64,000 bases of DNA from an uncultured delta proteobacterium (GTDB taxonomy: Bacteria > Desulfobacterota > Binatia > UBA9968): the NCBI GenBank assembly GCA_963804165.1, contig CAWDPO010000017.1, positions 96,001-160,000 on the forward strand, read 5' to 3'. How positions within the stretch are numbered: position 1 is the stretch's first letter; each line of letters starts with the position of its first letter. Below, in pieces: positions 50,426 to 59,493 of the stretch. Under the pieces are notes generated by a model. The model ran no database searches and was not told the DNA's origin. It saw only the letters and a list, made by a program, of their open reading frames with translations. The position numbers were made by a program, and so were the translations under genes.

Positions 50426-51541
50426 GTGGCTGGCACAAACAATCCATCGGAACCGGTCATTTCGGCGCCTCCCTTGGAGACGGCGTATACCCAGTGGCTG
50501 CGCGAGGAGGAAGTTCCCAAACACGAAGGCTCCTGGGCGGATCTCAACGCGGTCGCGGTTGAGCCGTGGAAGCGGCTGGGGTGCCTCGGGGCGTATGTCA
50601 GTCTAGCGGAGCAACAATCGCTCGACGCCTACGTTGCCGAGATTCCCGCGGGTGGCAAGACTCATCCGGCTCGCCATCTATACGAAGAGGCCATTTATGT
50701 CCTCCGGGGCCGGGGAGCAACGACCGTTTGGTACGATGGCATGCCGAAGCAAACCTTCGAATGGCAGGAGGGCAGCCTTTTTTCGCCGCCGCTTAACTGT
50801 TGGCGCCAGCACTTCAACGGCGAGGGCAATGAACCGACCAGATTTGTCAGCATCACCACCGCGCCGCACACCATCAATCTTTTCCGCGATAAAAAATTTA
50901 TCTACGACAATCCGTTTGTCTTCAGCAGCCGCTATCAGACCAACCCCAAGTATTTTAGCGGCGCCGGTGTGCAAGAGACCTACACTTTGCCGGATTCTCC
51001 CGGCCGTCACCGAAAAGTTTGGAAGACCAATGTCGTCCCCGATGTTCTTCACTTCGAAAATCTTACGGACCACAGCCGCGGCATGTACGCTCCCGGGGCG
51101 GCGCTCTCGGTGCATTTCAATCTCGCGGAAAACACCATGGGCGGGCACATCGCCGACCAAAAGCCGGGCTATTATAAGAAAGCCCACCGTCACGGCCCGG
51201 GCGCGCATCTGATCATTCTGCGAGGCACGGGATATTCGTTGCAATGGTTGGAGGGACAGCCGCGGGAGAGAGTCGACTGGAAGCCAGGTATCGTCTTCTC
51301 GCCGCCGGACATGTGGTACCACAACCATTTGGTCACCGGCAAAGAGCCGGCGCGACTGCTGGCGGTCCACTGGGGAGGTGCGCACATCGGCGTCAATCGC
51401 GGGACGGAGAAGAACTACGGCGATCAGATCGAATACGAGGACGAGGATCCGGAGATTAGAAGGGAGTTCGAGCGCGAGTGCAAGAAAAATGGCGTCACGG
51501 TGCAGATGCCGCAAGTGACTTACCGCGGTTCAAAAACGTAG
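50426..51541 (+). CDS. Bicupin protein (gentisate-dioxygenase-like fold)
   Basis: RHLYEEAIYVLRGRG..PPLNCWRQHFN and KAHRHGPGAH..PPDMWYHNH; GTG start after AGGAGG. Confidence 0.85.
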   Translation: MAGTNNPSEPVISAPPLETAYTQWLREEEVPKHEGSWADLNAVAVEPWKRLGCLGAYVSLAEQQSLDAYVAEIPAGGKTHPARHLYEEAIYVLRGRGATTVWYDGMPKQTFEWQEGSLFSPPLNCWRQHFNGEGNEPTRFVSITTAPHTINLFRDKKFIYDNPFVFSSRYQTNPKYFSGAGVQETYTLPDSPGRHRKVWKTNVVPDVLHFENLTDHSRGMYAPGAALSVHFNLAENTMGGHIADQKPGYYKKAHRHGPGAHLIILRGTGYSLQWLEGQPRERVDWKPGIVFSPPDMWYHNHLVTGKEPARLLAVHWGGAHIGVNRGTEKNYGDQIEYEDEDPEIRREFERECKKNGVTVQMPQVTYRGSKT

Positions 51542-51593
51542 CGAATAAAAGTGGCCAAACGCAGCCAAAACGGATGGAAAGGAGAAGTCCGAT

Positions 51594-52529
51594 ATGAAGC
51601 GGATGCAGGTCCAAGTAGGTCCAAACGGCAGTCCTCTCAATCGACCGAGCAGTTTGGAGGATTGTTTACGCAAAGATTTCCAGGAAAAGAAGCACGCGAT
51701 CAAAATGAGCGAGGTCAAGCTCGAGCCCGTCAAGGGAACTGAAGGTTACCGCAGCGGGTGGTATGACTTCGGCAGCCAAGTCGTGGCGTGGGGTCTCACC
51801 GAAATCAGCCCGGGCGGTGCCGGACCCCTGCATCGCCAGTTGTGTGAATCGACGATGTTCGTCTTGGAAGGCGAAGGCTATACCGTCGTCAATGGCCGGA
51901 GATTCGATTGGAAAAAGGGCGATGTGCTATTCGTCCCGTTGTTCGCATGGCATCAGCATGTCAACACCGGTCAGCGTGCGGCCAAATACGCGCGCATGAG
52001 CACTGCGCCGATCTATAAGTTTCTCGGCTTGGGTGGCGAGGAAAACTTGTCGCCGCCGGCGTCCTGGGACCGTGCCGACGAAGAATCGGGGCCGCTTGGC
52101 AAAGTGCTGTTGAAATTCGAAGACGGGCTCGGACGAGAAAATTGGGAGAAATCCCGCGACGGTCAAACCGTCACGTTCGATTTCCAATATCGAATTCCGA
52201 CGACTCGCCGCGTTCCTTCCCGGATCATGCCCAACGAGAGCGGTGGCATGCACCGCCACGCCAGCGAGGCGCAAATCTTCATCTATCAAGGCAAAGGCTT
52301 TTCGACCCTCAACGAGAAGCGGATCGAGTGGGAGGCCGGGGACGTTGTGCGGGTTCCGCTTTTCGCCTGGCACCAACACACGAACACGGGCAACGAGCCG
52401 GCGATCTGGCTCAAACACACTTCGGCGGCACTCTATAAACAGATCGGCTTGCTCATGCGCGATGCGAGACCGGGATTCGGCGGCAGCGACGATGTCGCGG
52501 AGTTCAAAGACGATTTCGCACCGTATTGA
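51594..52529 (+). CDS. Bicupin protein
   Basis: LHRQLCES..PLFAWHQHVN and MHRHASEA..PLFAWHQHTN. Confidence 0.85.
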   Translation: MKRMQVQVGPNGSPLNRPSSLEDCLRKDFQEKKHAIKMSEVKLEPVKGTEGYRSGWYDFGSQVVAWGLTEISPGGAGPLHRQLCESTMFVLEGEGYTVVNGRRFDWKKGDVLFVPLFAWHQHVNTGQRAAKYARMSTAPIYKFLGLGGEENLSPPASWDRADEESGPLGKVLLKFEDGLGRENWEKSRDGQTVTFDFQYRIPTTRRVPSRIMPNESGGMHRHASEAQIFIYQGKGFSTLNEKRIEWEAGDVVRVPLFAWHQHTNTGNEPAIWLKHTSAALYKQIGLLMRDARPGFGGSDDVAEFKDDFAPY

Positions 52530-52570
52530 TCCGTAGCGACCGGCGTATCTACGTTGAAGATGGACGACCC

Positions 52571-53696
52571 ATGAAGCGATTCTTGTCGTTTTCATTAAGC
52601 GCGTTGACGCTCTTCATGCTCTTTTCATGGGAAGCTGCTCCGGCTTTTTCCGCCGAAGCGGTCAATACTCAAGCATCATGGGATAAACTGGTACGCGCCG
52701 CTAAGGGCGAAAAAGAACTCACCATCTACGGCAACGTGGGCTACGAGTCGATCTTTGCCGAGTTTTCCAAGAAATTTCCCGACATCAAGCTCACCTATGT
52801 CACGGGACGAGGATCCGCGGATATCGTGCCGCGCCTGCTGAGCGAGCAGCGCGCCGGAAAGAACCTGGGAGATATTTTTTTGGCCGGTCCTAACGGGACT
52901 TACGTCATCCATCAGGCCAAGGGTCTCGATCCTTTGAAGCCAGCGTTGATGCTGCCCGAGGTTGTCGACGAATCGAAGTGGTGGCAGGGAAAACATCAGT
53001 ACGTCGATAAGGAAGGAGCTTACGTATTTACTTTCAACGGCACCTTGCGCGTCGACGTCGTAGTCAACACAAACCTGGTAAATCCAAAAGAATTAAGTTC
53101 CTATTGGGATTTGATCAATCCTAAATGGAAAGGAAAGGTCGTCGCATTTACGCAGATAACGGCTCCGCACAAGTTTTTTTTCTATCAACCGGAGCTCGGT
53201 CCAAAATTCTTAAATCAGCTTTTCGGCCAAATGGATGTTACCCCGAGCAATGACATACGGCAGATAGCGGACTGGTTGGGGGTTGGAAAGTTCGCTATCG
53301 CGTCTTTTCACTTCTCCAGGCAATCGCAATATCGGCAAGGCGCGGGAACAAGGATTGCCGATCGGCAGCTTCAGACCGGATCATTTTAAAGAAGGCGCTG
53401 CGTTGCTTACTGCGGCGGGTGCCGGCGGACTCCTCAAAGGAGCGCCGCATCCCAACGCCTCCCGTCTAGCGTTCAATTGGCTATTATCACGCGAAGGGCA
53501 GATTGCTTTTCAAAAGAACTATGCCAGGGAAACCGGAGCGGCAGATTCTTTTCGGATAGACATTCCAAAAGAGGACATCCCGGTGGAGTTTCGGCGCCAA
53601 GATGGAGTAAAGTACTTCGACGTGGACAGCGTCGAATATATCGACCCCAAGCCGGTTAGAGATTTCTACGGTAAACACTGGGGAACACGAAAATAG
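52571..53696 (+). CDS. Extracellular solute-binding protein (copy 2), +1 frameshift near 53301
   Basis: Close paralog of 49260-50399; removing one C at ~53301 restores IGLFTSPGNR. Confidence 0.85.
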
Positions 53697-53762
53697 CCGC
53701 CAAGAGCGCCGGGAACTGCAGATGATGGGCATCGATGCTTTCGAAATGCGAGGTAAGAGCTG

Positions 53763-54551
53763 ATGTCTGATTATGTCTTGTTCGAGCAGCGTGGCCATGT
53801 GGCGATCGTGACGATCAATCGGCCCGAGCGCATGAACGCGCTCGGCTCCGAAGTGCGCCAGGGACTCGTCGACGCGTTTCTCAAAGTGCGCCAGGAGCCG
53901 TCGATCCACGTCGCCATCGTCACCGGTGCGGGCGACAAGGCTTTTTCGGCGGGCGCGGACCTGAAGGAGCACAATGAACTGTTCCAAAAGAAATCCTATC
54001 GCGTCGGACCGGACTACGGGGCGTTGGATGAGCCGCCGCATTCGAGCACGTTGGCCATAGAAACATACAAGCCGGTCATCGCAGCGGTGAACGGTTATGC
54101 GCTGGCCGGCGGATGTGAGCTGAGCTTGGCCTGCGATATTCGTATCGCTGCGGAAAACGCCCGCTTCGGCCTGCCGGAGGCGAAGCGCGGTCGCGGCGCA
54201 AACTTCGCCACGGTGATGCTGCAATACTTGATTCCGCGCGGCATCGCGATGGAAATGCTTTTCACCGGCGAGCAGATCTCAGCGCAGGACGCGTTGCGAT
54301 TCGGCCTGGTCAATCGCGTGGTGCCATTGCCCGAGTTAATGCCGACGGCGATCGCCTTGGCGGAAAAAATCGCCGAGAACGCGCCGGTGTCGTTACGACG
54401 CATCAAAGAGCTCTCCGTGAAATCCATCGGCTCGCCGTTGTTCTTTGCGTTGAAAATGGCACCGGGACCTAGTCCGTACGAAAGCCAAGACGCGCGTGAA
54501 GGCGCTAAAGCTTTTGCCGAAAAGCGCTCGGCGAAATACAAGGGCGACTGA
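53763..54551 (+). CDS. Enoyl-CoA hydratase/isomerase family protein
   Basis: AFSAGADL, KPVIAAVNGYALAGGCEL, FGLPEAKRG (both catalytic Glu present). Confidence 0.93.
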   Translation: MSDYVLFEQRGHVAIVTINRPERMNALGSEVRQGLVDAFLKVRQEPSIHVAIVTGAGDKAFSAGADLKEHNELFQKKSYRVGPDYGALDEPPHSSTLAIETYKPVIAAVNGYALAGGCELSLACDIRIAAENARFGLPEAKRGRGANFATVMLQYLIPRGIAMEMLFTGEQISAQDALRFGLVNRVVPLPELMPTAIALAEKIAENAPVSLRRIKELSVKSIGSPLFFALKMAPGPSPYESQDAREGAKAFAEKRSAKYKGD

Positions 54552-54649
54552 TCGAAGTTAAACGACCAACACTGGCCGTGACAAACGCTGCTGTTCACAT
54601 TCAACGTTCGTGTCTGAGGATTGGTTCTCCCTCTGAGGTTGTGTCGCAA

Positions 54650-54772
54650 TGTCATTCTGAGGAGTGGAGCGACGAAGAATCTGCTTTTTGGTTTTGTAGT
54701 TTCGGAACGCCAAACGCGATTCGACACGAGTACCGAAGAAAAGCAGATCCTTCGCTAGGGCTCAGGATGACG
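54650..54772. repeat. Inverted REP doublet inside the operon
   Basis: gtcattctgaggagtggagcgacgaagaatctgc ... gcagatccttcgctagggctcaggatgac. Confidence 0.7.
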
Positions 54773-54914
54773 CGGGCGCGATTTTTCGTATGCGAGAAGG
54801 ACAGGATGAGGGTCGCGCGGAGCAATTCGCCCCCCACCGCAGTCCTCTTCCAAAGGGAGAGGAAGTAATGCTCTTAATGAGTCATCCGACGTTATTGGTT
54901 TGCAGGAGGAATCC

Positions 54915-56087
54915 ATGAGCAATTATCCCAGAGTGGTTTTGACTGAAGAAGGCATGCGCGACGGTTTGCAAATAGAGCGCGCGGGGGTTCCGGTCGCCGA
55001 CAAGATTCGTCTGCTCGACGCGTTATCCGAAACGGGTCTGAAGGAAATCGCCGTCGGCTCCTTCGTCAGCCCGCGCTGGGTGCCGCAGATGGCCGACATT
55101 GATGAACTCGTCAAAGGATTTCATCCCAAGCCCGGCGTGACTTACACCGCCACCGCGCTAAATGATATGGGTCGCGAACGATTGCGACAATATATTCCGC
55201 CGCTATCGGACGAGAAATACCAGGCGCAGACCGCGGTCTATCTTTGCGATGTGTTCGCGCAGCGCAACATCAATCGCACTATCGCGCAGCAGATGGAGCG
55301 CTGGCCGAAAGCGATCGAGGAAGCGAAAAGAAAAGACGCCAAAGAAGCAGGCATCAGCATTAGCGCTGCCTGGGGCTCGAACTGGACGGGCGAAGTATCG
55401 CAAGAAGATCGGATGACAATGTTGGAACGACAACACCGGCTCTGGCAAGAAGCCGGGATTCTCGTAACCAAGATCGGTATCTCCGATCCGATGGGTTGGA
55501 ACATGCCGGATCAAGTCGAGCGCCAATTGGCGGCGATCAAAGAGCGCTGGCCGGCGATCAAGAGCTTCAATCTGCATCTGCACAATACCCGCGGCATGGC
55601 GCTCACGTCATCCTATGTCGCGCTCAAAAATCTCGACGCCGACGATACACTGCGCTTGCAACCGGCCATCGGCGGCATGGGTGGCTGTCCGTTTTGCGGC
55701 AACGGACGGTCGGCCGGCCTGGCGCCGACGGAAGATTTGATCCACATGATGGAAGGCATGGGCATCGAAACCGGCGTCGACCTGGAAAAGTTGATCGAAG
55801 CGGTTTGGTTGGCGGAAGAAATTGTCGGCCATCCGCTTTGGGGCCATGTTTCCAAAGGCGGGCCGCGACCGAAAGGCAAAAAACTTTATCCGATGAATAT
55901 GCCGTTCGTGGAAACTTTGGAACATGCACGTCACTTCATCAAGGGACCCGCCGCTTACGAGGGCGCGCCGTCGCCGTGGAAAGAAACCATCAAGAGCCCG
56001 CAGCGGCCGGAGACGATGAACGGCAACAGCGATTCGGCGCCGTCGGTTTCAGCCGAAGCAGTCGGCGGCCGGTGGTTGCCGTCGTAG
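54915..56087 (+). CDS. HMG-CoA lyase-like DRE-TIM enzyme
   Basis: EEGMRDGLQ, GSFVSPRWVPQMA, LHLHNTRG, GGMGGCPFC, PTEDL. Confidence 0.88.
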   Translation: MSNYPRVVLTEEGMRDGLQIERAGVPVADKIRLLDALSETGLKEIAVGSFVSPRWVPQMADIDELVKGFHPKPGVTYTATALNDMGRERLRQYIPPLSDEKYQAQTAVYLCDVFAQRNINRTIAQQMERWPKAIEEAKRKDAKEAGISISAAWGSNWTGEVSQEDRMTMLERQHRLWQEAGILVTKIGISDPMGWNMPDQVERQLAAIKERWPAIKSFNLHLHNTRGMALTSSYVALKNLDADDTLRLQPAIGGMGGCPFCGNGRSAGLAPTEDLIHMMEGMGIETGVDLEKLIEAVWLAEEIVGHPLWGHVSKGGPRPKGKKLYPMNMPFVETLEHARHFIKGPAAYEGAPSPWKETIKSPQRPETMNGNSDSAPSVSAEAVGGRWLPS

Positions 56088-56141
56088 CGGCGTTTTGAAC
56101 CCATCGCGTTCTAACCTCTTTCATCAATCTTAGGAGTCTCC

Positions 56142-58229
56142 GTGTCCGACCCGCGCGTCCGTTTACTCTTCGAGCCGCAATCGATTGCCATTGTCGGAGC
56201 CTCGTCGGACCTGACCAAGGCGTCAGGGCTGCCGCTGCGCAATATTATCAATTCACAATTCACCGGAAAGATTTATCCGATCAATCCACGAGTGAAGGAA
56301 ATCAGCGGACTGACGTGTTACGCCAGCGTGACCGATCTGCCGGAAGCTCCCGACGTCGCGGTGCTCATGGTCGACGCAAAGCTGACGGCGCAGATCTTGG
56401 AAGAATGCGGCAAGAAGGGCGTCAAGACCGCAATCATTGGCTCAGCCGGATTCAGCGAAGCGGGGGCGGAAGGCGCGGAGCGCCAAGCGCAGGCAAGCGA
56501 CATCGCGAAACGATACGACCTGCGGGTCTGCGGCCCCAACTGTCACGGCACGTTCAACGTTTTGAAGAACATTCCGTGCGGCTATGATCACGCGTTTGCG
56601 CTGCCGCTAAAGCCAGGGCCGGTGGCGATCGCGTCACATAGCGGCGCTTTGCTCGGTGTGCTTGGACACCGGGCCGTGCAAGCGAATCAAGGTTTTAGCT
56701 ATCTCGTCAGCAACGGCAACGAGATGGATTTGGATCTTTGCGATTTTACCGAATTCTTCCTCGAAGACCCGTCGACCAAAGTTGTCGCCGTGCTTATGGA
56801 GGGACTTAAAAATGGCCGGCGTTTTCTAGAGCTCGCCGAGCTCGCGCACGAGCTCGGCAAAACCATTGTCGTGCTCAAAGTCGGCAAGTCCGAGCGCGGC
56901 GCGATCACGACGCTAGCTCACACGGCGCGCATGGCCGGGTCGGGCGAGGTGTATGACGCCGCGTTCCGCCAATACGGCGTGATATCCACGGACACGGTGG
57001 AAACATTTTTAGGCGCGGCGCAAATGGCCGCGCATCAACCGGTGCCGCGCGGCGGTCGGATCCTCGTCATGACGTCGAGCGGCGCGGGCGCGAGCTTGAT
57101 GGCCGACAAAGCGAGCGAGTACGGCATCGAGCTGGCGGATATTTCCGACGAAGCCAAGGCGCACATCCCGCAACGACGCACGGCGATTTTAACCAATCCA
57201 TTCGATACTGCGGGCGCGTCGCGCAGCCCGGGGTTTCTTTCCAGCGTGTGCGAGGCCTTCGCCGCGGACAAGGCCAACGATTGCCTCTTGATGTATCTCG
57301 GCCCGCTCGCCGTGCGTCACGAGTATGCCCGTAACTTTGCCTCTGCGTCGGAAAAATTCAGCAAGACGGCTGCCGCCATTATCATGCTCAGCGAAGCCGA
57401 TGTGCGCGAGATTTTTCAGGCACACCATGTGCCGGTATTTGATGCTGCGACGGACGCTTGCTTCAAGACGTTGCGCGCATACATTGACCACGGCCAGTTT
57501 GTCGAGCGTCACCATGCCGCTCGGAAGAAGACTGGCGCTGCCGCGCCGGCGCGGCCGGAGGCAGCGGCCATTCTGAAGGCGCCTCAAGGATCGTCCATCC
57601 TCGCGCAGTCGGCGACTGTGAGACTGCTCCACGGTTATGGGCTAAAGTGCGCCGAAAGTGTGTCCGCAGGGACGAGCGATGAAGCAAGAACTGCGGCAAG
57701 AACTCTTGGTTATCCGGTAATGTTAAAAGCGCTGGTCCCAGATATCGCGCATCGAAGCGATGCCGGTCTCGTCAGCCGAACAATTTCCAACGACGCCGCG
57801 CTCGAAGATGCATTTGCCGCGCTGGCGGCCAATGCCCGGCCGCTGCTTCGGGGAGAGTTTGCCCTCAGCGTCGAGAAATTTGTGCCGCACGATTTTGAAG
57901 TGATTCTCGGTGTTAAGTATGACGCCACCTTCGGTCCGGTGATTCTCTGCGGCCTCGGCGGCGTCTTTACCGAAGTGCTCAAGGACTATGCGCTGCGGTT
58001 GGCGCCGCTCGCACCGATGGACGCGGAGGAGATGCTTGCGTCGCTCAAAGCGTTTCCGGTCTTGAAGAAATCCGCCGGGGGGTTGACTGCTTTGAACAAA
58101 GCCCTGTTGCAGTTATCGGATATCGCGGTCGAGCTCGAGGGTAAAATTACAGCGCTGGATATAAACCCGATCGCCTTGAGCGTGGACTCTGCGGAAATCA
58201 CCGTGCTCGATGCTAAAGTCCATCTTTGA
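56142..58229 (+). CDS. NDP-forming acyl-CoA synthetase (acetate-CoA ligase family, fused alpha-beta)
   Basis: PQSIAIVGAS, GPNC, phospho-His AHTA, NPFD, C-terminal ATP-grasp with FGPV..GLGGVF and LDINP. Confidence 0.92.
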   Translation: MSDPRVRLLFEPQSIAIVGASSDLTKASGLPLRNIINSQFTGKIYPINPRVKEISGLTCYASVTDLPEAPDVAVLMVDAKLTAQILEECGKKGVKTAIIGSAGFSEAGAEGAERQAQASDIAKRYDLRVCGPNCHGTFNVLKNIPCGYDHAFALPLKPGPVAIASHSGALLGVLGHRAVQANQGFSYLVSNGNEMDLDLCDFTEFFLEDPSTKVVAVLMEGLKNGRRFLELAELAHELGKTIVVLKVGKSERGAITTLAHTARMAGSGEVYDAAFRQYGVISTDTVETFLGAAQMAAHQPVPRGGRILVMTSSGAGASLMADKASEYGIELADISDEAKAHIPQRRTAILTNPFDTAGASRSPGFLSSVCEAFAADKANDCLLMYLGPLAVRHEYARNFASASEKFSKTAAAIIMLSEADVREIFQAHHVPVFDAATDACFKTLRAYIDHGQFVERHHAARKKTGAAAPARPEAAAILKAPQGSSILAQSATVRLLHGYGLKCAESVSAGTSDEARTAARTLGYPVMLKALVPDIAHRSDAGLVSRTISNDAALEDAFAALAANARPLLRGEFALSVEKFVPHDFEVILGVKYDATFGPVILCGLGGVFTEVLKDYALRLAPLAPMDAEEMLASLKAFPVLKKSAGGLTALNKALLQLSDIAVELEGKITALDINPIALSVDSAEITVLDAKVHL

Positions 58230-58251
58230 GCACAAAGCGGAGGGTCGTTTC

Positions 58252-59307
58252 ATGGTGAACTTATTTAAGGGGTCGACATGGTGGCTGTGCCTGTCGCTGG
58301 GATGTGTAGTGACTCTGACATCCGAGGCCTTCGCCCAGAGCGAGCAGGACTTCAAGGGCAAATCCATCAGGCTCATTATTGGCACGAGCACGGGAGGCGG
58401 CGTCGATCTCTACGCCCGTCTGGTCGGTCAGTTTCTCGGCAAACATTTACCGGGCGAACCGACCATTATTCCGCAGAACATGCCCGGCGCCAGTTCTTTG
58501 GTCGCCGCTAACTTCGTTTACAATATGACTAAACCCGATGGGCTCACGTTGGGCGCATTGCAAGGCGGAGTGTTTTTCGATCAGATCCTCGGGCGCGACA
58601 CGGCAAAATTCGAGTGGTCGAAATTTACCATGATCGGCTCGCCGGAACGGCTCGAAGCCCAGCTCTATATGAGAGCGGACAGCCCGTACAAGACCCTCGA
58701 CGATATCCGGCGCGCCGTGGAACCGCCGCGCTGCGGCGGCGCGGGAACTGGCGCCACAGGCTATTTTGTCCCACGGGTTTTGGAAGAGACTCTTGGTCTC
58801 AAGTTTAAAACGGTCACCGGTTATCAAAGCGGCGGCGAGATCGATATCGCGGTGGAACGCGGCGAGCTCCACTGCCGCGCCTTCGATATCGGTAGTTTCG
58901 TGGGCCGAGAGCCGACGCGGACGTGGTTCAAAAACGGATACGTGAAGAGCCTGATTCAGACCGGACGCAAGCGCGATGCGCGGCTCGGCGACGTGCCGAC
59001 ACTTTTTGAGTTAATGGACAAGCAGAAGACTCCCGACGCCCCGCGCCGCATGGCCACGGTCGTTCTCTCGTCCGGTGGATTTGGCCGGCCGATGGTGGCG
59101 CCGCCGGGGATGTCTGCGGATCTCTCGCGCACAATTCGCGACGGCTATGCAAAAATGCTCAAAGATCCCGAGTTCATCGCCGAGGTGAAGAAGCGTCGCT
59201 ACGACCTGGAGCCGGTGTCGTGGGAAGAAATGCAGAGCCTGGCGAAGGAAGTCACCAGCCAGCCGCCGGACGTGATCGAGCGGGTGAAAAAGATATTGGA
59301 AAATTGA
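58252..59307 (+). CDS. Bug/TctC-like tripartite tricarboxylate transporter substrate-binding protein
   Basis: GGGVDLYARL, NMPGASSLVAAN, KPDGLTL, VTGYQSGGE, AVERGE. Confidence 0.88.
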   Translation: MVNLFKGSTWWLCLSLGCVVTLTSEAFAQSEQDFKGKSIRLIIGTSTGGGVDLYARLVGQFLGKHLPGEPTIIPQNMPGASSLVAANFVYNMTKPDGLTLGALQGGVFFDQILGRDTAKFEWSKFTMIGSPERLEAQLYMRADSPYKTLDDIRRAVEPPRCGGAGTGATGYFVPRVLEETLGLKFKTVTGYQSGGEIDIAVERGELHCRAFDIGSFVGREPTRTWFKNGYVKSLIQTGRKRDARLGDVPTLFELMDKQKTPDAPRRMATVVLSSGGFGRPMVAPPGMSADLSRTIRDGYAKMLKDPEFIAEVKKRRYDLEPVSWEEMQSLAKEVTSQPPDVIERVKKILEN

Positions 59308-59325
59308 GCCAGCAGCTGAAAGCAT

Positions 59326-59360
59326 CCCTCACCTCAATCCTCTCCCAGCGGGAGGAGGTT
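59326..59360. repeat. REP-like palindrome (CCCTCACC..CCTCTCCC..GGGAG family)
   Basis: ccctcacctcaatcctctcccagcgggaggagg; related copy near 54803-54865. Confidence 0.55.
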
Positions 59361-59493
59361 TTGGAGGTATAAAACTGCCAGCGCCGGCTTTGAGCGGCTT
59401 CAAACTCAAGCCTCCGGCGGCCGGTGCGACTAGCCGACTCAATCTGGCGCGGACGATTGGCGCTGTCAAGTAATCGGTCGGCGGAACGATTTT

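Noticed and set aside
44181-59330. Catabolic operon as a mobile genomic island
   Set aside because: No integrase, tRNA, att repeats or transposase are visible, and it contains the same REP families as the rest of the window.
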